A stretch of DNA of 49,195 nucleotides from an uncultured Candidatus Saccharibacteria bacterium (GCA_964589635.1 CAZPRI010000002.1:1-49195), one strand, 5' to 3'; counted from the stretch's first letter, positions 8,575 to 18,570 are shown. A program made the numbers and translations. The notes: generated by a model from the letters alone, not told the origin.

Positions 8575-8658
8575 CTTATTGATGTTCAGATGAGGTCGCC
8601 CGTTGACAAGTCGGCAGTCAGAGCGGGCGCTAACATCTGAACACCAACAAGTGTTCAG
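8575..8658 (-). ncRNA. Long structured RNA hairpin upstream of the RHH-recombinase genes
   Basis: 18-bp stem with two G-U pairs on the minus strand, 4x4 internal loop, CGCCCG/CGGGCG, TGAC/GTCA; competing hairpin at 8637-8658. Confidence 0.55.
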
Positions 8659-8677
8659 TCAGTTTTTTAAGGAGGAC

Positions 8678-8851
8678 TCACTGATTACCTCCTGTATCCA
8701 GTTTTTCTTGATGCCTGATTTGTGCTAAAACGTCGAAATAACCGACTAGGTCGGATAGCATAGTGCGAGCTTCTTCTTCAGTTAGAGTTTGGTTGTATTC
8801 TTCTCTGACTGCATTTTGAAACTCTTTGATTGTTTCAACACTTATCTGCAT
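8678..8851 (-). CDS. 57-aa hypothetical protein, not in the ORF track
   Basis: MQISVETIKEFQNAVREEYNQTLTEEEARTMLSDLVGYFDVLAQIRHQEKLDTGGNQ; amphipathic helical pattern. Confidence 0.7.
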   Translation of the reverse strand: MQISVETIKEFQNAVREEYNQTLTEEEARTMLSDLVGYFDVLAQIRHQEKLDTGGNQ

Positions 8852-8865
8852 CTCTTACAGAATAG

Positions 8866-8896
8866 AAAAACCACCAATTGTTTAGCGAATTGGTGG
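8866..8896 (-). terminator. Terminator-like hairpin
   Basis: CCACCAATT-N8-AATTGGTGG followed by TTTTT on the minus strand. Confidence 0.65.
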
Positions 8897-8981
8897 GACA
8901 CGGTGGGTTTGAAGTTTTATTTAGCGTGTATTTAGAAAGCTATATGAGAAGTATATTCAAAGTTAAACTTTTATTTCCCAC

Positions 8982-9620
8982 TTAGCGGTCTTTTATTTTT
9001 AACGCAACAGTATCGCCTGAACGCCACTCAAGTGAAAGTGTTTTGGTAGATTTTCCCTTAGTAAGTTCACGCTGTATTTCTTTGACTGTGTTTCTGAGAA
9101 CTGTTTTTTTGTCCGCAATATCTACAAAATCATCATCGGGTAAAGCTATAGCTTCAATTACAGAGTTTATTGATTTAGACACTCCAATTACTGGCTCAGT
9201 AAGAAACCTGATTAAGCGTGATTTTCGTGAATACTCATCATCAGATAAAAAGTGTTCTTTCTTATCTCCATTAAAAAGTAGAAAAATGTTTTTCTTTTTC
9301 TTAATAATCTCTAAAGCTTTCTTTGACAGACCCAACTCTTGATTGATTGCTTCTACTAAATGATTGGCGTTTACCTTATTTAGTCCACCATCTTCAAAAA
9401 TACACCACTCTGAGTGCATTTTTTCAGATATGGCGTCCATTTGTTTTTGTGGCACAAGCGATGTTTTTGTAACTTGTGCAATTGCATACAAATCAGATTG
9501 ACCAAGTTCTACTTTTTCATCTGGGTAAGTTAACGCATAACCAACCGACCTGATGTGCTCGAGTGTTTCTTTAGAATAACCTGCAAGCATCTTTTTATAT
9601 TTTTCTATACTAATACTCAT
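8982..9620 (-). CDS. Hypothetical protein, possible C-terminal winged helix
   Basis: 212 aa ORF co-directional with res; LRNTVKEIQREL resembles a recognition helix (weak). Confidence 0.6.
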   Translation of the reverse strand: MSISIEKYKKMLAGYSKETLEHIRSVGYALTYPDEKVELGQSDLYAIAQVTKTSLVPQKQMDAISEKMHSEWCIFEDGGLNKVNANHLVEAINQELGLSKKALEIIKKKKNIFLLFNGDKKEHFLSDDEYSRKSRLIRFLTEPVIGVSKSINSVIEAIALPDDDFVDIADKKTVLRNTVKEIQRELTKGKSTKTLSLEWRSGDTVALKIKDR

Positions 9621-9653
9621 TTTGTTTCCGTAAGCTCATTCTTCAGAAGTTCC

Positions 9654-12344
9654 TCAAGGAGCAACTTTGAAGTTGTCAGCCAAATCCTTGAATGTTTTTG
9701 GCTGATACTTGTCCCAGTCTTCCTGCTTCACATAGAGGGCAGTGTAAGTCTTTCCAGGCACGCGTTCTGTTGCGTCATTGCACCATTGTTGAAGTCGTTT
9801 TATCTTCTCTATATCATCTAAGTCTTCACGACCCTTGGTCTCAATTATGTAAATAGTGGCATTGTCTGTCTTCACGAAGAAGTCGGGATAGTAGTTAGCT
9901 ATAGACCCAGTAGCGGTCTTATACTCGATTTTGAAATGGATTTCGAGGTAGTTTTTAGCAAAGGATACAATCTCATCATCAAGAGACTCTAGCCAGTCTG
10001 CAAACTCAAGTTCAAACTCACTATCGCCAACAATCTTATTGAACACCGATTTTTTAGGGATAAGGTACTTGTTTTGATTTACAACAAACGGGCGAGCTTC
10101 ACTAACTTTGAGATAGTTCTGTACCTCAGTATCGCCGATATCTTGGACGGTCAACTCGTTAATTGCTTTCTTGAAAGTCTCTATAATCGTCTTCTTTGGT
10201 TCAAGCTCAGACAGGTTACGAAGTATATTGGTATCGTTTAAGTCTATTTCAGCTCCAAATAGTTTTGACTGTACAAAGTTTTTTACTTTCTCAAAAAGAA
10301 TTGCATCACTGGAACGAACTAGTCGTAAATCTTTTCTTACAACCTGAACAAAATACGACAGGACATTTTGATATGAGATTGAATGTACTGAGTCAAAAAT
10401 AATCTTGTGATGTTCGCCGTTTTCAATGACGTCCTCAAACACAATCTCTTTTTGTTCCTCCTCAGAAAACTCCTTTGGTGCAACAGGACTGAACTTAAAC
10501 TTATCAATATCCAAATCATTCAGATTTTTGAACTCACGCTGAATACGTGGGGTGAGTATTGGTAACTCAATATCTAAAGCTTCAATATCCTTCTTCACAT
10601 TCTCGTGGTCAACCTCAATAACCTCAGGACCTTTGAGTGGGCTTTTATTACCCATAGAACGAGTATCGAGTGTAACACCCTCCGCTCGAATAGACTCAAC
10701 AAAATCCATAAAGGCAGGTGTACCGACAACACTCACGTATTCTTCAACATCCTGACCAAAAAACATTTTTCTAAGACCTCGTCCAAGTGTTTGTTCGGGC
10801 AAGACTTGTGATTTTGCTGTATACGGACGTAGACCAACGATAGTCGTAACATTCTTTACGTCCCAACCTTCCTTAAGCATCAAGACGGACACAATGGCTT
10901 TGAATGGGCTTTCCATACTGTCTATCTCATTTGATTGTCGTCGAAGTTCTTGCAATTCTTTTTCTTTTTTACCTGTTGCATTTTCGGCAATTTCACCACT
11001 CCTGTTGGTGTGAATAGTCAGTACCGCATCTCTCAAATCTGGGTAAGTTGCCTCAAGATAAGTAGCAACATCATCACAGTTAGTCGTATCATCAACCATC
11101 ACAAAGAGTAGGGATTTCTTTCCTGTTGAAAGATATTCTTCGTACGCCTTTTTCCACTCGATATAACCGAGGTCAATATAATCTTTGTACCGCTCCACAA
11201 AGTTAGAACTTTCATTCTCACTGAGTTGTGCTCGACTGCGTGAGTCTGGTAACACTGGCATTTTTACAACCTCTTGATAGATGGCTTCTACAAGTGGATA
11301 GTCTGAGACTACTTGAGGAAAGATGTAGCCCTTTGCATCTTTAGGCGTAGCAGTAACGTCAATCTGTAACGGTAGACCGCCACCTTTCAGTACGAGTTGA
11401 TTATGAATATCCTCGATTGACTTAAACCAAGCCATCTTTGGGTCGTGGATATGATGAGCTTCGTCGTTAATAATAATAAGTTCATCAATTTCTCGCACTA
11501 TCTCACCAAGGTCTGTTTGGTTAGCATTAGTTTTTGCTACAGCTTTTTCTCCAAGAAAATAGTTAGTTGTATTTTCGTCCTCAAAAGAAGCTTCATCGAT
11601 ATCACCTGCATAGACTCGGTGAATGTTGGTTAAAAAGATGTTACCTGTATCTGAAATATGACCGACATCATCTTGAAAGTGAATGTTGATTTGAAAATCC
11701 TCGTTCCAGTTTTGCCCTTCGTACCCATCATCAGGAAGCATAGGGTCATCATAAAAAATCTTCTGACCATCAAAATCAACCTTGATACGCTCAAATACAA
11801 TGACGTTTGGGGCTATTAGCAAGAAGTTACGGGCAAGTTCTGAGTCTTTTTCGTACATCTTGTGAAAATATGCCCATACGATGATAAGCGACATCACCTT
11901 AGTCTTTCCACTACCAGTAGCCATCTTAACAACCATACGCAACCAGTCCTCGGGAAACATTTGAGCACTCAGGCGACCCATTTTATCGAAACGCATCAGG
12001 TCGTGCTTACTTCGTGCTCGGGCAACATCATAGAGCCAAATCACTGTTTCTACTGCCTCTCTTTGTGCAAAGTAGTACTGAAACGGAAAAGACGTTCCAT
12101 CTGCATTTAGTTTTACGTGAGGTTCAGTAAACCACCACTTCAAAAGTGCTTTGGAGGTCTCTGATGCTCCTTCATAACCACTTTCACGCCACTCTTGTAC
12201 TTCTTCTCGCACTTGAGCCACAAGAGGAGGTAAAAGACGTTCGTAACCACCTTTTTCACGCAAATCCTCTTCAGCAGGAAACCACCTGGTGTTGGCAGGT
12301 GCGGTTGCGAACTTATCTTTTGGAAAATCTTTGTGTAAAGCCAT
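9654..12344 (-). CDS. res: Type III restriction enzyme Res subunit (SF2 helicase plus PD-(D/E)xK nuclease)
   Basis: MATGSGKT, NDEAHH, TATP, LKEGWD, QTLGRGLR, YPDF...IETKG. Confidence 0.92.
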   Translation of the reverse strand: MALHKDFPKDKFATAPANTRWFPAEEDLREKGGYERLLPPLVAQVREEVQEWRESGYEGASETSKALLKWWFTEPHVKLNADGTSFPFQYYFAQREAVETVIWLYDVARARSKHDLMRFDKMGRLSAQMFPEDWLRMVVKMATGSGKTKVMSLIIVWAYFHKMYEKDSELARNFLLIAPNVIVFERIKVDFDGQKIFYDDPMLPDDGYEGQNWNEDFQINIHFQDDVGHISDTGNIFLTNIHRVYAGDIDEASFEDENTTNYFLGEKAVAKTNANQTDLGEIVREIDELIIINDEAHHIHDPKMAWFKSIEDIHNQLVLKGGGLPLQIDVTATPKDAKGYIFPQVVSDYPLVEAIYQEVVKMPVLPDSRSRAQLSENESSNFVERYKDYIDLGYIEWKKAYEEYLSTGKKSLLFVMVDDTTNCDDVATYLEATYPDLRDAVLTIHTNRSGEIAENATGKKEKELQELRRQSNEIDSMESPFKAIVSVLMLKEGWDVKNVTTIVGLRPYTAKSQVLPEQTLGRGLRKMFFGQDVEEYVSVVGTPAFMDFVESIRAEGVTLDTRSMGNKSPLKGPEVIEVDHENVKKDIEALDIELPILTPRIQREFKNLNDLDIDKFKFSPVAPKEFSEEEQKEIVFEDVIENGEHHKIIFDSVHSISYQNVLSYFVQVVRKDLRLVRSSDAILFEKVKNFVQSKLFGAEIDLNDTNILRNLSELEPKKTIIETFKKAINELTVQDIGDTEVQNYLKVSEARPFVVNQNKYLIPKKSVFNKIVGDSEFELEFADWLESLDDEIVSFAKNYLEIHFKIEYKTATGSIANYYPDFFVKTDNATIYIIETKGREDLDDIEKIKRLQQWCNDATERVPGKTYTALYVKQEDWDKYQPKTFKDLADNFKVAP

Positions 12345-12345
12345 A

Positions 12346-14526
12346 CTAGATGTTTATTTCAATTACCTTGGTCGTATCGTTACCAAAAATATCAATCACC
12401 TTAACTGCTATTTTTCGCTTTTCTCCTTTAATAACAGGGACTACGGCTGAAGTGAGGTCTAGTGAACGGTCTTTTTTCGTTCTGAATGACTGCCATTCGT
12501 TCTCAAAAATATAGTTACCAGTCCATTTCTCTATTTCTTCTCCATCTTCTTCAACTCGAACAATCTCTTTTTTACTTTGGAAATCAAAGTCAACTGACCA
12601 ATAATCAATCCAATCAGTCCACTCTTTTGTAAGTACCTCTCGATTGATAACTTCAGAGTCTTTTTCTTTCGTGAGCTTAATAACCTGACCAGCATCAAGT
12701 ACTACTTTTGAACTGCCAGGTCTTAACTTATCTCCAACTGCATCAAGGTCGTCTTGATTATAGAAAACAGCAAAGTCAGTAAGCTCAACTTTCAATTCCT
12801 TCTCATTTCCTCTGCCTGATACGTGAGGTTTGAAATCTACATACGCAAGGTCATAGAACTTAACGTGTCCACGCTCAATAGCACGCCTATCGAACACCTC
12901 ACCTGGAATGATTTTTAGATTGATGTCGATACCTCGACACGTATCCTCACTTATCAGTACGTCCTTATCAATACCCATACCGAACTCAAAACCAAGAATA
13001 TCTATTTTTGTTAACTCTTTCTCACGTGCTTCGTGGCAAGTATCGAGAATAAACTGCATTGATACGGGGTCTGTAAGAGGTCCTACTGCAACAACACGGT
13101 CTCTTTTTTTACCTACAAAATGTTCAAATGAGTCGAGTCCTTCTGCTTTATACGCTTGCAAAATAAGATTTACAAAATCCTTTTCCTTTTGAGCTTCAAG
13201 TTTTTGACGCTCTTCTTTTTTCAGGTCTCCGTCCACTTTTACAAATGCATCTCTTTCATATTTACCAAGGTTAAGTATTTCAAAAGCCCGAAAGTCTTTT
13301 CCTTCTTTTTTAAGCTCACGTTGAACGTTAATCATTCGCTTTCGGGTTGTGTGTACACCAAAACGACCGATGTCTGAACAAATCCATTTTCGACCAAGTT
13401 TTTCTGCAACAGCAACAGTTGTCCCAGAACCTACAAAAAAGTCGCCAACTAAATCACCCTCGTTACTTGCTGCGGTAATAATCCTCTCCAATAACTTAGG
13501 AGGTTTTTGTGTTGGATACTCCAAACTCGAAAGTCTGTTGATGTCAGTCCATACCGTCTCAACAACTTTCCCAGACTTCGCATCGAGATATTGTTTAAGT
13601 GATTTTCGCCCGTCTGAACCAACTTCAATCAAACCTTTCTCCTCAAAATCACTTATGCTTTTTTCAGAATAATCACGAAGCTCTTGTAATCTATATTTAC
13701 CTTTCTCGTCTTCATACTTGTATTGTTTTAATGTCGACTCTTTGTAACCCTCCTTTGGCAGATTAAAAGTTCTTTGTTCAGATTTTGAGTAATAGTAAAT
13801 AGTATCGTGGTTCTTGGGGAATTGACCTAATTTATTGGAAGGTCCAAAAAAACTACCTTTCCTCCATATGATTTCATTTTGAAAACTGTCTTTACCGAAC
13901 ACCTCATCGAGTAATAACTTGATGTAAGCACTTACTCTCCAGTCGCAGTGAACAAAAATACTCCCATCATCAGCCAATAATCCGTGCATTAAACTTAATC
14001 TTTCACGTAGCATTGAAATAAAACTATCTGACCCCTGACCCCAAGTATCTCGATATGCAACCTCTTCAAGTACGGACGGCTGTTTAGTAAGTTCTTCGTC
14101 TCCAATTTCAATTTTTGTTGAAAAATCTGCCCCCACATCAAATGGAGGGTCGATGTAGATAAGCTTGAGTCCACCTTGCTCGTCAATTTCTTTTCTTAAA
14201 GGACCGTTTTTTAGTGAAGACAGAATGAGTTTGTTGTCTCCCCAAATAAGCTTATTTGTCCAACCCTTAACCTGCCGACCTGATGTATCAAAAAGCGACT
14301 CTTGTGCTTCTTTTTTTACTTCAATACGAGGTTCGTCAATGTGCTCAATGGATTGAAAAGGCAAAACTGAGTTCTCAACTTCACCAGTCTTTCCATTCCA
14401 AACTAGTTCTACTTCACGTTCATCACCAAAAAGTATAAAACGGTACTTATCAGGAAGCGGTTTTCCAGCTTCGATAAGTTTTATAGCGTCTCTTTTTTCA
14501 TTATCTGTTAACTCAATTTTTTTCAT
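12346..14526 (-). CDS. mod: Type III R-M Mod subunit (beta-class amino-methyltransferase)
   Basis: GDNK, YIDPPF before DFFVGSGTT, YPTQKP; ATG 14526 (MKKIEL) preferred. Confidence 0.92.
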   Translation of the reverse strand: MKKIELTDNEKRDAIKLIEAGKPLPDKYRFILFGDEREVELVWNGKTGEVENSVLPFQSIEHIDEPRIEVKKEAQESLFDTSGRQVKGWTNKLIWGDNKLILSSLKNGPLRKEIDEQGGLKLIYIDPPFDVGADFSTKIEIGDEELTKQPSVLEEVAYRDTWGQGSDSFISMLRERLSLMHGLLADDGSIFVHCDWRVSAYIKLLLDEVFGKDSFQNEIIWRKGSFFGPSNKLGQFPKNHDTIYYYSKSEQRTFNLPKEGYKESTLKQYKYEDEKGKYRLQELRDYSEKSISDFEEKGLIEVGSDGRKSLKQYLDAKSGKVVETVWTDINRLSSLEYPTQKPPKLLERIITAASNEGDLVGDFFVGSGTTVAVAEKLGRKWICSDIGRFGVHTTRKRMINVQRELKKEGKDFRAFEILNLGKYERDAFVKVDGDLKKEERQKLEAQKEKDFVNLILQAYKAEGLDSFEHFVGKKRDRVVAVGPLTDPVSMQFILDTCHEAREKELTKIDILGFEFGMGIDKDVLISEDTCRGIDINLKIIPGEVFDRRAIERGHVKFYDLAYVDFKPHVSGRGNEKELKVELTDFAVFYNQDDLDAVGDKLRPGSSKVVLDAGQVIKLTKEKDSEVINREVLTKEWTDWIDYWSVDFDFQSKKEIVRVEEDGEEIEKWTGNYIFENEWQSFRTKKDRSLDLTSAVVPVIKGEKRKIAVKVIDIFGNDTTKVIEINI

Positions 14527-14701
14527 ATTTTGATTTTTCAAGAAAAGACTGATATTCAGCTTTTTCTATTCTGAACTCCTTACCAATTTTATACGCCTTA
14601 AGTTTCCCGACTTTAATGTAGCGGTAAATGGTCATAATGTTTACGTCCAATTTTTCAGCCACGTCTTGAGCCGTATAAAACTCTCTCTCGGAGTCATTCA
14701 T
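14513..14701 (-). CDS. Excisionase-like (MerR-type) HTH protein
   Basis: YTAQDVAEKLDVNIMTIYRYIKVGKLKAYKIGKEFRI; overlaps the mod start. Confidence 0.88.
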   Translation of the reverse strand: MNDSEREFYTAQDVAEKLDVNIMTIYRYIKVGKLKAYKIGKEFRIEKAEYQSFLEKSKYEKN

Positions 14702-14744
14702 TACTATATAATACTGAACTTTTCTTTACATAGCAATTTTTTTC

Positions 14745-17177
14745 GTGAATAATAGAAAAATGAAGCAATTACTCCAAGAGATAAAAGAATGGGAGCATAG
14801 CTGGTGGCAGTACTTAAAGTACAGCTACAAACTTACGCTTTGGCTATACATAGCCAGACTCAGAAGAGCTCGTTCTTTTTGGAAACGACACTTTGATATT
14901 TTCCTGAGAGCAAGTTTTATTTTGTTTGCACTAGGAGTGGGACTTGTCCTTCATCTGATTGGTGGTAGTGCATTTACTCAAGATATTTTAAGCAATTATC
15001 TAATTGCTGTAGGGGCTATGGCTGGTGGTGCTATAGCAATCGTATTCACAATATCTATTTTTTTACTTCAAAGTGCCGCCGATTTGTATTCATCTCAGTA
15101 CTTCGAAGTCTATATTCACGACTGGAAAGAGAAAATCGTCTATGTATTGGTTATACTTATAACCTTAGTTTTCTTTGGCACTGGTTTATATGTCGGCGGA
15201 CTAGAAGTAATACCCGAGACCGTAAGTTCCTATATTGTTTGGGTTTCTTTGGTCTTGATAGGAACTATTTTTGCCCTAATAGATTGGCAATATAAAACTG
15301 TTCGACAAAAAATCAGTCCGACAAAAGCAATTAGTTTTTTGGAAGCACAAGGTATAAAGTTTTTAGAGAAAGTACACGAAGACGCACAACGAGTTGCTGA
15401 TATTATGACCACGAGAGACGGAAGTTTAACTGAAAATGAAGCCCTAGCAAGAACATACAATTATTTTTTCCAACCACGTATCACTGACCTCAATAGACAG
15501 CTTGAGAACTTAGTAGAAATATCACTCAAACTTTCCGATAAACAAGAAGTGGGGACGACAAAAAGAGGTCTCACTGCTGTTTATAACGTGCTAGCAAAAT
15601 ACCTAGAGGTGAGAAAGACATCTTCTGTGGCTATGCCGTCAGGTATTGCTTTAATGGCTGTTGAAAGCGATAGTCAACGATTTCTTTTCGACAATTTAGA
15701 CCGCCTCAATAAAGCGGGAGAGAAGTTTATCAAAGAGGATAAGGACGTGCAGGCAACTTATATTCTCAGTATTTACCAGTCGTTAGCAGAAAAAGCAAAA
15801 GATGTAACTTATGTAGGCAGAACGAGAGATAATCCAATACTTGAAAATATAGTGGGTAGTCTCGAGTCATACATTGCAATAGGAATGAGAGCAAAAAATC
15901 TCGAAGTAGTTTTCCAAGGTGCAGAAAAACTTGGAAATGTTGCTGTTCCTGTTGCAGAAGTTGGTCTAAATCACACTCTACAAGGTATACAGAACAAGCT
16001 AAAAGAGATTGCTGTGTATGGAGTTATTGAAAAGCAAAGCATCATTGTAGACCAATGCAATTCCAACATCATAAAGATTTTAGGTCTGGCTTTTACGAGT
16101 GATAAAATAATTGCACAACATCAATTCTCCTCTGGCTTAAAGCATATAGCGAGCATAGCTCAACACGTGTTTATTGCTAGGCAGACTGGCTATATGTCCA
16201 ATGACTTTAGCTCATCATTTGCTATGACAAAGGGGTATGACAACCTGCATCAATTACTGTTTGGCATACTTCAGTACTATCAACAAATCACAGACGAGAG
16301 AGAAAAAGACACTTATCGAGGAAACATTACAGAGTTTTTTGACGAGTTATATCGCAGTCTACGAACGCTCTCTGAAAATCTCAAACATTGCGATAATCTA
16401 CTTACAGAAAGTATCGGGCGACTATTATTTAATGTGAATGATATTATTATTCAACTTATTGAAGACGATGAGTTTACTGATGAGCAAGATGAACTTCGTA
16501 AACAACTGGGTTGGAACGTGCACTTACCATATTGGTTTGTCCATCACTCTGATAAGTTTGATGCTGGGTCAAATAACTTCAGGTCTCTAACAGAAAGTGT
16601 TGCTAAGACAGGTATTCTGGCTTCTGAAAGATTAGACGATAAAGAACTAGCTGAAGACGCTGTGAGTTGTCTTGGTTCTATAACTCAAGAAGCTCTCGAA
16701 AAGAATACTGACAAGTACGGTTATGATGAACCACGAATACTTGAGAAGGCGTGCTACATAGGAATACTTGCCCTAAAGAAAGGTTGGCTTGAGGTGTATG
16801 CTGAAACAGTTATAAAAATCTTAGATTTTCAACCAAAGTATGAGACAAAATACTTCAGCAACATACCTCCTCACATTGATATAGAAAAAATCAGTCCGAA
16901 GAAAAACCAGTTATACGTTGAGATAATGAGATGGCGAGACAAGTTTGATTATAACCGCTTAAACAGAATGAATGGATTACGAGATGATGCTGAGTCAATA
17001 ATGTACGAACTAATAGATATCAGCGACATTGATTGGTTTACATTCAAAGTTTGGGGTAAATGGGACGCCAACAGCCCTATCAACGATAAGATTGAAGAAG
17101 AGATTGAGAAGATGAATAAGAAGCGAGCTTTAGCAAAATTGGCGACGTGTATTAGTGAAATAGTGAAGAAAAAATGA
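14745..17177 (+). CDS. Large hypothetical membrane protein (about 4 N-terminal TM helices, long helical C-terminus; DUF2254-like layout)
   Basis: 810 aa ORF; hydrophobic segments at roughly aa 55-180; true start may be ATG 14760. Confidence 0.7.
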   Translation: MNNRKMKQLLQEIKEWEHSWWQYLKYSYKLTLWLYIARLRRARSFWKRHFDIFLRASFILFALGVGLVLHLIGGSAFTQDILSNYLIAVGAMAGGAIAIVFTISIFLLQSAADLYSSQYFEVYIHDWKEKIVYVLVILITLVFFGTGLYVGGLEVIPETVSSYIVWVSLVLIGTIFALIDWQYKTVRQKISPTKAISFLEAQGIKFLEKVHEDAQRVADIMTTRDGSLTENEALARTYNYFFQPRITDLNRQLENLVEISLKLSDKQEVGTTKRGLTAVYNVLAKYLEVRKTSSVAMPSGIALMAVESDSQRFLFDNLDRLNKAGEKFIKEDKDVQATYILSIYQSLAEKAKDVTYVGRTRDNPILENIVGSLESYIAIGMRAKNLEVVFQGAEKLGNVAVPVAEVGLNHTLQGIQNKLKEIAVYGVIEKQSIIVDQCNSNIIKILGLAFTSDKIIAQHQFSSGLKHIASIAQHVFIARQTGYMSNDFSSSFAMTKGYDNLHQLLFGILQYYQQITDEREKDTYRGNITEFFDELYRSLRTLSENLKHCDNLLTESIGRLLFNVNDIIIQLIEDDEFTDEQDELRKQLGWNVHLPYWFVHHSDKFDAGSNNFRSLTESVAKTGILASERLDDKELAEDAVSCLGSITQEALEKNTDKYGYDEPRILEKACYIGILALKKGWLEVYAETVIKILDFQPKYETKYFSNIPPHIDIEKISPKKNQLYVEIMRWRDKFDYNRLNRMNGLRDDAESIMYELIDISDIDWFTFKVWGKWDANSPINDKIEEEIEKMNKKRALAKLATCISEIVKKK

Positions 17178-17194
17178 ATGTAATGTAATTGTAG

Positions 17195-18088
17195 TTATGT
17201 AACATTGAAGCCCTCAAAACAGGCAAAAACGTCCTCCATTTTTTCTCTCACATCTATCTCATCATCATAAACAATCAACATCTCCAAACTCTTGTGTCGA
17301 CTAAACTTTCGCACGTCTCGAACCTCTAAACTCTGTAGTAGTTTTGTAACATAAAAATGTCTAAAGCCGTGAACAGTCTTCTGTACTCCAACGTCCTCAA
17401 ACATTTTCTGAAACTCACGTTTAATCGTCATTGTGCTTAGTCTGTTACTTTTTCTGTTACCAAGACTCTTGAAGATTGCACCGCTACCAACTTTGTTGAG
17501 TTTTAGATGTTTTCTCAAAGCTTCTACTGTAGCAGGAGCTAGATACACTGGCTCTTTATCATCAGCACCCTTGGCACGAACAAATATCGTCTTGTTAGGT
17601 AAATCAACATCATTCACATCAAGACGAACAATCTCAATCTGTCTCAGCCCTTGAAACGCCAATAAACAAAACAACGCACGTAATCGTGCGTGTTGTGGTG
17701 TGTCTGGGAGTTGATTTAATTGCTCCACGACCTTTTTCATATCTCTGTCTGTCAGTCCCTCTCGCTTATGCTTCTTATTTTGTTTGAACAGCCGTATGTT
17801 TTGAGTAATGTCTACTGGAATGAGTCCGAGACGATTGGTTTCTTTAAGAAAGATTTTTGCTGTTGCAAGATACTTGTTTTTAGTAGAGATGGTGTAGTCT
17901 GTTCTTTTCTCAAGATGTCGTTTGTATTCTAAATAACTATTTACACGGAAGCCCTCTTTATGAATGAAGTCTATAAACATTCCAATACGTGCTGAGTAGT
18001 CTTTACGAGTCGACTCACTTACATCAAGAGAGTCAAAGATTTTCCTCGCTTGAAAGTGCAGGTCTCTTATTTCGATTAAGTGGTTCAT
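17195..18088 (-). CDS. Tyrosine recombinase/integrase
   Basis: GLRQIE, AKG, HGFRH, RHKS, and Tyr in LIVYD: complete R-K-H-R-H-Y set. Confidence 0.92.
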   Translation of the reverse strand: MNHLIEIRDLHFQARKIFDSLDVSESTRKDYSARIGMFIDFIHKEGFRVNSYLEYKRHLEKRTDYTISTKNKYLATAKIFLKETNRLGLIPVDITQNIRLFKQNKKHKREGLTDRDMKKVVEQLNQLPDTPQHARLRALFCLLAFQGLRQIEIVRLDVNDVDLPNKTIFVRAKGADDKEPVYLAPATVEALRKHLKLNKVGSGAIFKSLGNRKSNRLSTMTIKREFQKMFEDVGVQKTVHGFRHFYVTKLLQSLEVRDVRKFSRHKSLEMLIVYDDEIDVREKMEDVFACFEGFNVT

Positions 18089-18468
18089 AAGCCGATATGT
18101 ATTATCTCAACACCACGCTTTTCAAAAGAGGGTGTGAGCATTTCGTATCGATGGCACTGCTTATAATCTTTTTCCGAACACATCACGCAGACATTTTTCC
18201 CAGTGCGAACAAGCTCAACAAGCTCGTCTATGGTTTCTTCATAGTTTTCATTTTCTCCGAGACCGCCGAGATTATCACCTCTGAATTGATATTCGATACC
18301 CTCAATCGAGAGCATCTCATCTAACTTCTTTCTATTGAATTGAGGACAAAATCGAGACCGAGGATAGGTACGAATGTCGACAATAATGTCTATTTCGTTA
18401 TTCTTTAAGATTTTTAAGTACTCTGAATACGCTCGGTTGCTATGACCGATGGAAAATACGGTTTTCAT
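18085..18468 (-). CDS. DUF488 family protein
   Basis: SIGHSNR, VDIRTYPRSR, LGG, MCSEKDYKQCHR. Confidence 0.88.
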   Translation of the reverse strand: MKTVFSIGHSNRAYSEYLKILKNNEIDIIVDIRTYPRSRFCPQFNRKKLDEMLSIEGIEYQFRGDNLGGLGENENYEETIDELVELVRTGKNVCVMCSEKDYKQCHRYEMLTPSFEKRGVEIIHIGL

Positions 18469-18570
18469 ATTATTTTTTAACTATTTAACCCAGTATGGGT
18501 GATTGGTAATATCTATATTATATCAAAAATACGGCTCTAAATATAGGTATTTTAGACACTACTCAATAAG

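Noticed and set aside
8593-8634. Bridge-RNA-like guide: internal loop UUAG/ACCU matches both strands of TTAGGT in the tRNA (6481-6486)
   Set aside because: Only 4 nt per side, expected by chance; the site is not the inferred crossover, and the enzyme is a serine recombinase rather than IS110 family
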